Shown: piece by piece, positions 1 to 9,898 of the stretch
Layout of the letters: every line of letters begins with the position of its first letter
How positions within the stretch are numbered: the first letter of the stretch is position 1
Origin: Candidatus Portnoybacteria bacterium RBG_19FT_COMBO_36_7
GTDB taxonomy: Bacteria > Patescibacteriota > Minisyncoccia > Portnoybacterales > GWB1-42-6
Direction of reading: 5' to 3'
DNA: 64,000 nt
Assembly (NCBI GenBank): GCA_001819495.1
Contig: MHMW01000028.1
Span: 69,398 to 133,397 of the forward strand
Position numbers and translations under genes: made by a program
Notes under the pieces: model-generated
Seen by the model: the letters and a program-made list of their open reading frames with translations, nothing else
Told to the model about the DNA's origin: nothing
Databases searched by the model: none

Positions 1-31
1 TTTCTTCTGGTTTCAACTCGAAAAACATATT

Positions 32-262
32 TTATAAATTAAAATCAGGCACTATTTCTGTGATTGTTCCCCACGGTATTGAGACAAAAAAGAAAAAAGC
101 CAAACCGATAAATAACAGAGAGCCTATGATAAAAATAGTGGTCGAAGCTGAATTTAAATCGCTCGGCCAGCGGTATTTGCGAAGATGAAAAAGTATTGCC
201 AGCGCGAAAGCAATGTAAATCATTATTAGAAAATTAAAAATGATTAAAGAGGCAATAAACAT
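32..262 (-). CDS. small two-TM hypothetical membrane protein
   Basis: 76-aa ORF with two hydrophobic segments, abutting the ruvB stop. Confidence 0.7.
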   Translation of the reverse strand: MFIASLIIFNFLIMIYIAFALAILFHLRKYRWPSDLNSASTTIFIIGSLLFIGLAFFFFVSIPWGTITEIVPDFNL

Positions 263-1285
263 TTAGATTAATTTTTTCTGATAAGACTCCGGATATTTAA
301 TGCCTAGATGTTCCCATGCCTGTCGGGAAGCCAGGCGGCCGCGCGGGGTGCGGGTTAAAAAACCCAGCTGCATAAGATATGGTTCATAGACGTCTTCCAG
401 AGTGTCTTCTTCTTCTGATGTGGCCGCCGCCAGCGCCTGTAAGCCAACGGGGCCACCATCGAATTTTTCTATAATAATTTTTAAAATTTGGCGGTCAACC
501 GGTTCAAGACCGAGATCATCAACCTCGAGCATTGCCAGGGCTGCCCGAGCCAGCTGGTCGGTGACGCGACCGTCGCCTTTGACCTGGGCAAAATCGCGGA
601 CGCGTTTAAGCAGGCGGTTGGCGACACGGGGCGTGAAGCGGCAGCAGTTAGAGATGATTTTGGCAGCGGCCGAATCAATGTCAGTTTTTAAAATTTTGGC
701 CGAGCGATTGATAATTCTTTCCATGTCAGCCAGTTGATAAAAATCAAGACGGAAACTTAGGCCAAAACGGGAACGCAGGGGAGAGGAAAGCAGGCCGGGC
801 CGAGTGGTGGCGGCAATCAAAGTGAATCTTGGCAGATCAAGCTGCAGGGTTCTGGCCGAAGGGCCTTTGCCAATGACAATGTCAAGCTTAAAATCTTCCA
901 TAGCCGGATAAAGAACTTCTTCGATTAGCTTGTTTAGGCGGTGAGCTTCGTCAACAAACAAAATATCACCATCAGAAAGGTTAGTTAAAATGGAACCCAG
1001 ATCTCCTGCCCTTTCAATTGCCGGGCCAGACGTAACTTTTAAACCGACTCCGGTTTCGTAGGCAATAATGTGGGCTAAAGTTGTTTTGCCAAGGCCGGAA
1101 GCTCCTGATAAAAGCAGGTGCTCAATTGGTTCTTTGCGTTTTTTTGCGGCTTCTATAAGGATTCTAAGGGATTCTTTGATCTTTTCCTGGCCAAAATAGT
1201 CCCTGAAAGTTCGAGGCCTCAGGGTCTGATCTAGTGTCTGGTCTTCATTTGTTTGGTGGGGATCAGTTAGATGTGGGCTTGACAT
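263..1285 (-). CDS. ruvB: Holliday junction branch migration helicase RuvB
   Basis: LRP..F.DY.GQ, [11 protein letters not shown], [29 protein letters not shown] motifs. Confidence 0.98.
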   Translation of the reverse strand: MSSPHLTDPHQTNEDQTLDQTLRPRTFRDYFGQEKIKESLRILIEAAKKRKEPIEHLLLSGASGLGKTTLAHIIAYETGVGLKVTSGPAIERAGDLGSILTNLSDGDILFVDEAHRLNKLIEEVLYPAMEDFKLDIVIGKGPSARTLQLDLPRFTLIAATTRPGLLSSPLRSRFGLSFRLDFYQLADMERIINRSAKILKTDIDSAAAKIISNCCRFTPRVANRLLKRVRDFAQVKGDGRVTDQLARAALAMLEVDDLGLEPVDRQILKIIIEKFDGGPVGLQALAAATSEEEDTLEDVYEPYLMQLGFLTRTPRGRLASRQAWEHLGIKYPESYQKKLI

Positions 1286-1307
1286 TTAGATAAGTTTATG
1301 ATAAAAT
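1279..1307 (+). promoter_or_regulatory. sigma70-type promoter with extended -10
   Basis: TTGACA(1279-1284)-17 nt-TAAAAT(1302-1307) with TG at 1299-1300; points away from ruvB into an ORF-free interval. Confidence 0.75.
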
Positions 1308-1347
1308 GCGCTATTCGTTAATTTTTGGCTTAAAAATTAAGTTTTTT

Positions 1348-1513
1348 AGCTTCTGCTGACCTGTAGGCAATCAAGATCCTCCTTTTTGCACGGGATCTCA
1401 TTGGGGTTTTTCTTAGGCTCTCAGGACAACCTGGTTCGCTCTGGGTTGCTCCTCGGAAAAACTTTTACCTTTCCGTTTAACGGAAAGAGATTGCCTGCAG
1501 ATTAGTGGAAGCT
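1348..1513 (+). ncRNA. putative structured ncRNA (four-way junction; possibly a divergent 6S RNA)
   Basis: ~25-bp closing stem 1348-1372/1489-1513 with four G-U pairs on the + strand, three internal hairpins, upstream promoter, downstream T tract. Confidence 0.6.
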
Positions 1514-1522
1514 TTTTAGTTT

Positions 1523-4500
1523 TTATATCTCGGTTTTTTCCAGTTCTCCGGTCACTCTTTCAACTTCATCGATTGTCGTTAAGCCTTCCAAAGCTTTTAT
1601 CAGTCCGTCCTGGCGCAGGGTTATCATTCCTGCTTCCTGGGCGGCTTTTTTTATTTCCAAGGTCTGGGCGCCTTTGGCAAACAAAGTCTGCAGATTTTCG
1701 TCTTTTATCAGGATCTCATACAAGCCGACCTGGCCCCAATAGCCGATATTCTTGCATTTGGGACAGCCTTTGGGTTTGTAAAGCTTAATATTGGACAAAT
1801 TCGGTGCTTTGACGTTTTTGGGAAGAGTGGCCATTGTTTTTTGAATTTCACTCACTATGGCAGTTTCCGGTTTGTAAGGAGTTTTACAGTCAGGGCATAA
1901 TTTTCTGACCAGACGCTGGGCCATAATTGCGTTGATGGACGAAGCAATGTCGCCCGAGGTTATGCCGAGGTTAATTAGACGCTGAACAGTGCTGGCCGCG
2001 TCATTAGTGTGCAGGGTTGAAATCACCATATGGCCGGTAAGCGAAGCCTGAATGGCAATTTTGGCGGTTTCCTCGTCTCTTATTTCGCCGACCATGATGA
2101 TATTCGGGTTTTGTCTTAAAAATGATTTTAGGGCCGCGGCAAAAGTGTAGCCGGAAGCCGTATCTATCTGGGTCTGAAGGATACCAGACATTCTGTATTC
2201 GATCGGGTCTTCAATAGTCATGATCTTAGTGCCCCTGACATTAAGTTGCTGCAGAATGCCATAAAGCGTAGTGCTTTTGCCAGAACCGGTCGGCCCGGTG
2301 GTGAGAATAACGCCGGTCGGTTTATGAAATTCTTTATCAAACAGCGGATAAATTTCTTCACGGATACCCATCATTTTAAGATCAAGGCTTCCCTTTTCTG
2401 TCTGGACATCACGGCTCAGGCCTAAGATTCTGATAACGGCTGTTTCGCCATAGCCGCCGGCAATTATTGAAAGCCTGGTGTCCAGACTCTGTCCGGCAAA
2501 ATCAATGTTGAATCTGCCTTCTTGCACGCCGGCAAACTGTTTAGTTTTTAAGCCGCCCAGGATTTTTATTTCGCCCAGCAGCGGCAGATGAAAGATTCTT
2601 TGCATTTTGGCCACGTCTTGCAATATTCCGTCTACGCGGCATCTAACAAGAAGATCAGTCTGGGTAGGTTCAATATGGATGTCCGTCGCCCGCAGAAGCA
2701 GGCTGAAAGTGATGATATATTTTAATATTTCTTCTTGATGGGTATTGGACAGGATTTTTTCCACATTGACTCTTTCCATTGATTCCTTTTCAAGTTTTGT
2801 TTTTATTTCCGGATTGATGACGATGCCGCGGGTTAGAGATTGGGAAACCGCCCGTTCATAAAGTTCTTCCAAATATCCCGGTTTGCCGACCACCCTTTCC
2901 ACTTCTTCCAAGCCGGTCAGCCCTTCCAATGCCCGCAAAACGCCGTCCTGATAAAGCGTCAGCATTCCGGCGTCCACTGCTGAGACAAGAATTTCAAAAG
3001 CCGAAGCGCGGTTTAAAATCAGTTTTCTGATTTCCTCATTCATGGTCAGGACTTCAAAAAGGGGATAGCGGCCTCGATATTTCAGGCCGAAACATTCCGA
3101 ACATCCTTTGGCGCGATATAGCTTTCTGGTCTTTGGCAGTTCCAGTCTGGCTCTGGGCGAGACAATGGACAGAATTTTTTCGATCTTGAGCAGAGTTTCT
3201 TTGTCTGGTTCATATTCTTCTTTACAATTGGGGCATAATTTTCTGACCAAGCGCTGGGCAATAATAGCATTTAGTGCATCAGGCAAGGTCTTGATGTCGG
3301 CGCCCATATCTATCAGACGATGAACGGTGTTGGTGGCGTCATTTGTGTGCAGGGTTGAGAAAACTAAGTGGCCGGTCATAGATGCCTGGAGCGCTATCTT
3401 GGCAGTTTCGTCATCTCTGATTTCGCCGACCATGACCACATTGGGATTTTGACGCAGGATGGCGCGCAAGGCCTGAGCAAAGGAATAATTTTTGCTGATT
3501 TGCGTCTGTACTATTCCAGTCAGGCGATACTCGACCGGGTCCTCAATTGTGATGATTTTAATCTTTGGATTATTGAGATAATTTAGGAATGCATAAAGAG
3601 TGGTGGTCTTTCCGGAGCCTGTCGGTCCGGTATTCAATATCAGGCCGTTTGGTTTCTCCACTTCCCGCATTAAAGTCTGGAAAGTAGTTTCTCTCAAGCC
3701 GACGTTTTTGACATCTAATTTCTCGATGCCAGCGCCAAGGATTCTGATGACGACAGTTTCGGCGTTGCCTTCTGGCAGAATAGAAACTCTGGTTTCCATT
3801 TCCTGGATAATTTTTGTTTGCTCCTCTGTCTTCTCAATAATCTGTATGGTAAAGCGGCCATCCTGGCTGATATCATGAACGTTAATCATCAAGTCTGATA
3901 AAAGTTTGATGCGGGTCAGCATGAACTGATACGATTTTTCCGGAAAAGTGGCGATATCCTGAAGCACGCCGTCGATTCTGAAACGCAGACGGATTTCCTT
4001 TCCCGGTTCAATATGAATATCGCCAGCCCCAGTTTTTAGGGAGCCGGCGATAATAGTTTCCAAAATTTCGGTTGTCGAAAGGGTGTTGATTCTGTCTTTG
4101 AGCTCAGTGATGTTTTTTACTCTTTCGTTAAATTCGTCAAGATATTTTTTTTGGATGGCCACTTTGCCTACCAGCGGCACATCAGAGCTTTTGATTTGAT
4201 AAAACTTGAATGCCCGCTGGAGGCTCGAGAGAGAAATAATAACTTGTGAAATAAGGACGCCGTGTTTGGCGGCCAGATCTTCAATGATATTTTTTGCTTC
4301 TTGGTTTTCCGGATTAGTCAGGCCGACGGTTATTTTATCCAGTTGTTTTTTTAAAACTACAATACTGCCTTTGTGGGCATCTTTTTCCCTAAGCACATAA
4401 AGAATCTCGGCGTTAATAGGAAAAACGCTCAAATCCATATAAGGCAATTTGTATTTTACAGCCAGACGCTGAGCGGCTTCTTCTTCCTGTTTGCGTTTGA

Positions 4501-4546
4501 GCTGGTCTAATTTTTCACTTATCCGCACTACTTTGGAAATAGCCAT
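1523..4546 (-). CDS. tandem double-domain GspE/PilB type IV pilus assembly ATPase
   Basis: Two complete modules, each with DIHIEP, RxDG, GPTGSGK(T/S)TT, TIEDP, RQNP..MVGEIRD, TGH...STLHTND, AQRLVRKLC and CxxC pairs. Confidence 0.92.
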   Translation of the reverse strand: MAISKVVRISEKLDQLKRKQEEEAAQRLAVKYKLPYMDLSVFPINAEILYVLREKDAHKGSIVVLKKQLDKITVGLTNPENQEAKNIIEDLAAKHGVLISQVIISLSSLQRAFKFYQIKSSDVPLVGKVAIQKKYLDEFNERVKNITELKDRINTLSTTEILETIIAGSLKTGAGDIHIEPGKEIRLRFRIDGVLQDIATFPEKSYQFMLTRIKLLSDLMINVHDISQDGRFTIQIIEKTEEQTKIIQEMETRVSILPEGNAETVVIRILGAGIEKLDVKNVGLRETTFQTLMREVEKPNGLILNTGPTGSGKTTTLYAFLNYLNNPKIKIITIEDPVEYRLTGIVQTQISKNYSFAQALRAILRQNPNVVMVGEIRDDETAKIALQASMTGHLVFSTLHTNDATNTVHRLIDMGADIKTLPDALNAIIAQRLVRKLCPNCKEEYEPDKETLLKIEKILSIVSPRARLELPKTRKLYRAKGCSECFGLKYRGRYPLFEVLTMNEEIRKLILNRASAFEILVSAVDAGMLTLYQDGVLRALEGLTGLEEVERVVGKPGYLEELYERAVSQSLTRGIVINPEIKTKLEKESMERVNVEKILSNTHQEEILKYIITFSLLLRATDIHIEPTQTDLLVRCRVDGILQDVAKMQRIFHLPLLGEIKILGGLKTKQFAGVQEGRFNIDFAGQSLDTRLSIIAGGYGETAVIRILGLSRDVQTEKGSLDLKMMGIREEIYPLFDKEFHKPTGVILTTGPTGSGKSTTLYGILQQLNVRGTKIMTIEDPIEYRMSGILQTQIDTASGYTFAAALKSFLRQNPNIIMVGEIRDEETAKIAIQASLTGHMVISTLHTNDAASTVQRLINLGITSGDIASSINAIMAQRLVRKLCPDCKTPYKPETAIVSEIQKTMATLPKNVKAPNLSNIKLYKPKGCPKCKNIGYWGQVGLYEILIKDENLQTLFAKGAQTLEIKKAAQEAGMITLRQDGLIKALEGLTTIDEVERVTGELEKTEI

Positions 4547-4657
4547 ATTTAATAATTTCTAATTTTTTAATCCAGTTCCGTCTGCGGCGAGACATCAAAT
4601 AGGCAAAATTTTAAATGAAGACCTCCTAGAGAGACCTTATTATATTTTAATTTTATC

Positions 4658-5779
4658 TTATAAGAGCGGATTTATCAAGCTGTCAAGACTGGATTTGATT
4701 GTCTGCAGATCTTGTTGAACAAACTTAAGGAAAAGCCGATGATTTTTCTGTGAGCCGCCGGCGTCCAGATTCAATTTCTGCAGCATTTCTGGCTTGGAAG
4801 ACTGGATTAGCGCTTGGGATGAGCCTTCTTGATCCTGCCAAAGCAGGATGCTGGCATTTAATTGAGGTAGCATTTCGTTTATTTCTTCCGAAATTGAAGA
4901 TAAGTCTTCCGGCGAAGGCTGGAGCTGTTCAAATTCAGAGAGCTCAACGATTATCCAGGCGAGCCCTTTTTCGTTGTTGAGCTCAAGGTTTTTGAGTAGC
5001 GCTCCCCAAAGCTTGAGATACCGGAGGGGCTTGGTTTTGTAAAGAAACTGGATAATTGTTTCTTTTTCCGCTCCGTGCGTTATTAACAAAGAAGCGAGAT
5101 TGAAAGTCTGGGGAGTGGTATTGATTTTTTGGAAACTGCGGGTTTCTTCTATAATGCCCGATAGCAGACAGGTTGCCAGCGGAGCAGTAATTTGATTAGG
5201 AAAAAAAGAATTCAAAAAATCAGTTATGATTTCGGCGCAGGAACTTGAAGTCGGTTCCACCAAATTGATTTCGCCGAAATAATCATTGCCGGATTTGTGG
5301 TCAATGTTCAAAATCGGTTTTTCAAAGAAAAGGTCGGTATGTTTTTCATAAAATTGGCCGATGGTCTCCAGGTCCGGCGCACCAATAGTAATCAGGGATT
5401 CATAATTAAAAGGGCCCGGTTCCAGAAGAATATCTTTTTGCTCAAGACTATCGGGCCCGGCCAGGAATATTTTTAAAACCGAATTTTTATTTTCGTAGCG
5501 GAGCTGTTTGATCTTTTTCTGAGAAGTGTCAATTGAGATAATAAAATCGCGCAGAGGCGCGATTTCACTTTTTATTAGCTCAAGCCCGGGCAAAAAAGAC
5601 AGTTTTTCTGCGACCGGCTGTTGAACTACCAAGTCCGCTTTTTTGCCAAGATCCCTGGCCAGCATTGTCAGCGCCAAACCTGAACCAAGCGCGTCGGGCG
5701 TGTAGTCGCGAGGCAGAATTATTAAAATATTCTGGCTTTTATTGATTAGATCAAAAGCTTGTTGTTTTGGGGAAAGCAT
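4658..5779 (-). CDS. DHH-family phosphoesterase-like protein with degenerate motifs
   Basis: DALGS, NIDHK..N..FG.INLV, SS..EI, ATCLL.GI..ET.SF pattern of NrnA-like DHH proteins. Confidence 0.75.
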   Translation of the reverse strand: MLSPKQQAFDLINKSQNILIILPRDYTPDALGSGLALTMLARDLGKKADLVVQQPVAEKLSFLPGLELIKSEIAPLRDFIISIDTSQKKIKQLRYENKNSVLKIFLAGPDSLEQKDILLEPGPFNYESLITIGAPDLETIGQFYEKHTDLFFEKPILNIDHKSGNDYFGEINLVEPTSSSCAEIITDFLNSFFPNQITAPLATCLLSGIIEETRSFQKINTTPQTFNLASLLITHGAEKETIIQFLYKTKPLRYLKLWGALLKNLELNNEKGLAWIIVELSEFEQLQPSPEDLSSISEEINEMLPQLNASILLWQDQEGSSQALIQSSKPEMLQKLNLDAGGSQKNHRLFLKFVQQDLQTIKSSLDSLINPLL

Positions 5780-5956
5780 ACCAATAAACTTTCAATTACT
5801 AATTACCAATTTCCAACAAATGCCGTCCTTGGCGGGCAAGATATTAGCATACTCTAACGCGGAAAGCATTTTGAGGTCAAGTGGATAACTTTTTTGGATT
5901 ATATTTGGCATAAAAATACACTTTTTTCTTTAAAAACGGCATGATACAATAGAAAT

Positions 5957-6436
5957 ATGAAAAAGCTGGAGTATTTGAGCAAAAGCGCGGCCCAGACTCA
6001 AAAATTGGCTGGTGAAGTATTAAAAGAAACATTAAGTATAAAAAAGCGGAAAAACGGCATTGTTTTGGCGCTGGAAGGAGAATTAGGAGGAGGCAAGACG
6101 ACTTTTGTACAAGGGCTGGCTCGTGCGCTGGGAGTAAAAGAGAAGATAACCAGTCCAACTTTTGTTATTTTAAAAAGATTCATGATTCAAGATTCAAGAT
6201 TCAAGAACCTATATCATATTGATTGCTACCGTTTGGACAATATTGAAGATTTGGCTGATTTGGGCTTTGAGGAAATAATAAAAAATCCAGAAAATTTAGT
6301 CGTTATCGAATGGGCGGATAAAATTAAATCTATAATTCCAAAAGATGCGGTGTGGGTTAAATTTGAATGGAAAGAGGAGAAGAAAAGGAAAATAATGATG
6401 GATAATTCCCAATACCCAATTCTTAATTTCCAATAA
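5957..6436 (+). CDS. tsaE: tRNA t6A biosynthesis ATPase TsaE
   Basis: [28 protein letters not shown]. Confidence 0.95.
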   Translation: MKKLEYLSKSAAQTQKLAGEVLKETLSIKKRKNGIVLALEGELGGGKTTFVQGLARALGVKEKITSPTFVILKRFMIQDSRFKNLYHIDCYRLDNIEDLADLGFEEIIKNPENLVVIEWADKIKSIIPKDAVWVKFEWKEEKKRKIMMDNSQYPILNFQ

Positions 6437-6530
6437 AATTCTAAATATCAAATGACAAAAATACTTAGAAACTAGACATTCGAGCATTGGATATTTTATT
6501 GGAAATTGGATATTGGTAATTTGAAATTTT
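6405..6530. repeat. degenerate 7-bp-period inverted repeat tract
   Basis: caatacccaattcttaatttccaa... followed by the complementary ttggatatt..ttggaaattggatattggtaatttg. Confidence 0.6.
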
Positions 6531-6536
6531 TAGACC

Positions 6537-8795
6537 ATGTCCGAACAAAAAGAAAAAACCTTGGTCCTGATCGATTCGCACGCGCTCATCCACCGCGCGT
6601 TTCATGCCTTGCCGGAGCTTTCCACCAAGAAAGGGGAGCGGGTGAACGCTGTCTATGGTTTTGTTTCGGTTTTTTTAAAGGTGCTCAAGGAATTAAAACC
6701 GGATTATCTGGTGGCCGCTTTTGACCTGCCCGGCCCCACATTCCGGCATAAAGAATTTGAGGCGTATAAGGCAACAAGAGTCAAGGCGCCGGACGAACTT
6801 TATCAGCAGATTGGCCGGGTCAAAGAAATTTTACAGGCGTTTGATATTCCCATTTTTGAAAAAACTGGCTTTGAAGCTGACGATATTATCGCTTCGCTTG
6901 TCAGAAAAAGCGAAGCCCAGAAAGAAAAAATCAAGAATATCATTGTGACAGGCGATTTAGATACTCTCCAGCTGATCAGCGAGAGAACAAATGTCTTCAC
7001 TTTAAAAAAGGGAATTGGCGATACAGCCGTTTATGACAAAGAAGCAGTGAGAGAACGATTTGGCCTGGCTCCGGAACAAATGCCGGATTTTAAGGGTCTA
7101 AAAGGTGATCCTTCGGACAATATACCAGGCGTGCCGGGCATAGGAGATAAGACTGCAACAACGCTTTTAAAAGAGTACCAAGACATAGAAAATCTTTACA
7201 GCAAAATAGAAGAAAAATTAAAAAATAAAAAATCAAAATTAAAAATTAAGGGAAAAGATTTAAAATTATATGAAAAGCTTTTAAAAAATAAAGATCAGGC
7301 GATCTTCAGCAAATATCTGGCCACAGTCAAAAAAGACATTCCATTAAAATTTGATCTGGCAAAAGCAAAATTCAAGCAGTACGATATTGCCAAGGTTTCG
7401 GAACTTTTCAAAGAATTAGAATTTTTCAGTCTGATAGCGAGGCTGCCAAGATTGGAGGATATGAAAGAAAGAGAAGTTGTTGAGATTAAAAATGAAAAAG
7501 CCAGCGAGCCGGGCATTTTAGAAAAAATAGAACAGGCCAAAGAAGCAGGGGTTTTATCGGAAAGGATATATGAACTGGAAAAAGAATTGATGCCGATAAT
7601 TAATCAGATGCAGGAGTACGGTATAAAAGTAGATATAAAAAAATTAAATGAATTAAATAAAAAATTCACCGGGCGGCTGGAGGAGCTCGAGAAAAAGATT
7701 CATAATCTGACCGGCGGTGCTTTTAATATTAATTCACCCCAGCAGTTAAGCGAAGTCCTTTTTGAAAAATTGAAACTGGAAGTAAAAGGGCTTAAAAAGA
7801 CGCCTGGCCGGGTTATTTCAACAGCCGCGCCGGAACTTATCAAATTAAAAGGTCAGCATGAAGTTATTGATCTGATAATTGAATATAGAGAATTGGCAAA
7901 ATTAAAATCGACATATGCTGAAAGCCTGCCTCGTCTGGTGGATGCAAAAGACGGCCGGCTGCATACTCAATATGACCAACTGGGAGCGGTTACCGGCCGA
8001 TTATCATCAAAAAATCCAAATTTGCAGAATATTCCTATAAAAAGCGAGCTGGGCAACGAGATAAGAAAAGCATTTATCGCCGAAAAAGGCTGTTGGTTGC
8101 TCTCGGCTGATTATTCACAGCTTGAGCTAAGAATTGTTGCTTCTTTGGCAGAGGATGAAAAAATGATTAGTATATTAAAGGAAGGCAAGGATATCCATTC
8201 GGCCACAGCTTCGGAGGTATTTGAAGTGTCAATGGAAAAAGTGACGCCGAAAATGCGCAATTCGGCCAAAGCGCTCAATTTCGGAGTTATCTACGGTATG
8301 AGCATGCACGGATTTGCTCAGGCAGCCGATATTGACATCAGCCGGGCAAAGACTTTCATAAAAAAATATTTTGAAGAATTTGAAGGAGTGTCCAGATATG
8401 TTGAAAAAATAAAGGAAGAAGTGGCGTGCAGTGGCTATGTTGAAACTTTATTCGGCCGCAAGCGTTTTCTGCCGGAAATCAATTCTTCAGCCTGGAATTT
8501 GCGGGCCTCAGCCGAAAGAGCCGCCATTAATTTTCCGGTCCAGGGTACAGCCGCGGATTTAATGAAAATGGCCATGGCCGATATTAGCCATAAATTAAAA
8601 GCGAAAAGCGAAAAGCTGAAGATGTTGTTGCAGGTGCATGACGAGCTGATTTTTGAAGTGCAGGAGGACGAAATCGATTTTTTTGCACCTCAAATAAAAG
8701 AAATCATGGAAAATATCTATCAGTTGTCCGCTCCGCTTAAAGTTGAGATTGAAATAGGGAGTAACTGGGGAGAGCTCATAAAGTGGAAAACATAG
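6537..8795 (+). CDS. polA: DNA polymerase I (5'-3' exonuclease plus polymerase; 3'-5' exonuclease domain largely absent)
   Basis: IDSHALIHRAFHA, FEADD, GDPSDNIPGVPGIG, TGRLSS.NPNLQNIP, DYSQLELR, LQVHDEL; only 752 aa. Confidence 0.96.
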   Translation: MSEQKEKTLVLIDSHALIHRAFHALPELSTKKGERVNAVYGFVSVFLKVLKELKPDYLVAAFDLPGPTFRHKEFEAYKATRVKAPDELYQQIGRVKEILQAFDIPIFEKTGFEADDIIASLVRKSEAQKEKIKNIIVTGDLDTLQLISERTNVFTLKKGIGDTAVYDKEAVRERFGLAPEQMPDFKGLKGDPSDNIPGVPGIGDKTATTLLKEYQDIENLYSKIEEKLKNKKSKLKIKGKDLKLYEKLLKNKDQAIFSKYLATVKKDIPLKFDLAKAKFKQYDIAKVSELFKELEFFSLIARLPRLEDMKEREVVEIKNEKASEPGILEKIEQAKEAGVLSERIYELEKELMPIINQMQEYGIKVDIKKLNELNKKFTGRLEELEKKIHNLTGGAFNINSPQQLSEVLFEKLKLEVKGLKKTPGRVISTAAPELIKLKGQHEVIDLIIEYRELAKLKSTYAESLPRLVDAKDGRLHTQYDQLGAVTGRLSSKNPNLQNIPIKSELGNEIRKAFIAEKGCWLLSADYSQLELRIVASLAEDEKMISILKEGKDIHSATASEVFEVSMEKVTPKMRNSAKALNFGVIYGMSMHGFAQAADIDISRAKTFIKKYFEEFEGVSRYVEKIKEEVACSGYVETLFGRKRFLPEINSSAWNLRASAERAAINFPVQGTAADLMKMAMADISHKLKAKSEKLKMLLQVHDELIFEVQEDEIDFFAPQIKEIMENIYQLSAPLKVEIEIGSNWGELIKWKT

Positions 8796-8890
8796 GAAAA
8801 CGCGGAAAAATTCTGTGATATAATGGAATAAATATGAATAACGGAGGAAAAAAGGATAAAGTTGTTTTAATTTATCTTATTTTGTGATTT

Positions 8891-8965
8891 ATGCCAGGTA
8901 GTAGAAATTCGGCCGCTGCCAGGCAACCCTAATTTTATATTGCCGAATTTTCACTACCTGGTATG
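8891..8965. repeat. ~75-bp palindromic element, copy 1
   Basis: atgccaggtagtagaaattcggc...gccgaattttcactacctggtat; right end contains the ATG at 8963. Confidence 0.8.
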
Positions 8966-9871
8966 GATAATTTTGAAAAACAGCAGACTATTGAAGCGAT
9001 AAAAGTTTCGATAAAGGCGCGCTGGATATACGCTTCTATTATTTTTGTCCAGGGGATAATAATCAAATATTTTTTTACTTCAGTTCCGCTGGCCGATACC
9101 CCAATTCTTTCTTTTATTCTGGCTAGTGCCTTTTTATTTAATATCGGCTATTGGCTATATATTCGCCGCCCTCCAGAAAAAATAAGTAATTTCGGAGTAC
9201 ATTTAGTTAAGGCTTTGCAGGTAGCAATGGATTCAATCTGGATTTCGGCCATTTTATTTTTTTCCGGGACAGTGGGCAAAATGATTATTACGGGTTATTT
9301 CATTGCCATTATGAACGGCGCCAGCCTCTATAAGAAAAAAGGTATGGTTCTTTCAACTTTATTTTTACAGTTTCTTTTTACTGTTTTGGCGGTGCTGCAA
9401 TATAGCGGAAAAATCAATGCAAATCCTCCTGTGAAAGAAGTATTTTCTTTTCCGTTTGCCAAGGGAGATAAACATGGCTTACTTTTTCTTTTAGTTGCTT
9501 TTTATGCTTATTCTTCTGGTGGCGCTGTTTTCGGAGGTTATCTGGCCGGACTTTTTAAAAAAAGAGAAATAAAACTGGTAGCGCAAAGAAACGAATTATC
9601 AGAAAAAACCCAGACACTTGTTCATCAGGCGCAGGAGCTTAATAAGACCAAAGACTATCTCCACGAAGCTCTGACAAAATCAGATAAAGCCAGAAACGAG
9701 CTTGAAGCAACGAAAAAGAATCTGGAAAAAACCAATCTTGAATTGAAGAATAAACTTGACGAGCTTGAAAAATACGGCCAGGTGACCACCGGCCGGGAAC
9801 TCAAAATGATTGAACTAAAAGAGAAAATCAGGTTGCTTGAGCAAAGAATCGGAGAATTAGATAAAAACTAA
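8963..9871 (+). CDS. kinase-less multi-TM sensor-like protein with GRELKMIELK coiled coil (paralog 1)
   Basis: About 6 TM segments with a PilS-like D..I..IL.FSGT pattern; C-terminal KTKDYLHEALTKSDKAR and TTGRELKMIELKEKI. Confidence 0.85.
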   Translation: MDNFEKQQTIEAIKVSIKARWIYASIIFVQGIIIKYFFTSVPLADTPILSFILASAFLFNIGYWLYIRRPPEKISNFGVHLVKALQVAMDSIWISAILFFSGTVGKMIITGYFIAIMNGASLYKKKGMVLSTLFLQFLFTVLAVLQYSGKINANPPVKEVFSFPFAKGDKHGLLFLLVAFYAYSSGGAVFGGYLAGLFKKREIKLVAQRNELSEKTQTLVHQAQELNKTKDYLHEALTKSDKARNELEATKKNLEKTNLELKNKLDELEKYGQVTTGRELKMIELKEKIRLLEQRIGELDKN

Positions 9872-9898
9872 TTTAAATAATCGCTAATTTAAGATTAA

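Noticed and set aside
9650-9680. His of DYLHEAL as a HisKA phosphoacceptor
   Set aside because: Lacks the H-box context (HELRTP-like) and a following DHp hairpin; cannot be excluded but is unsupported
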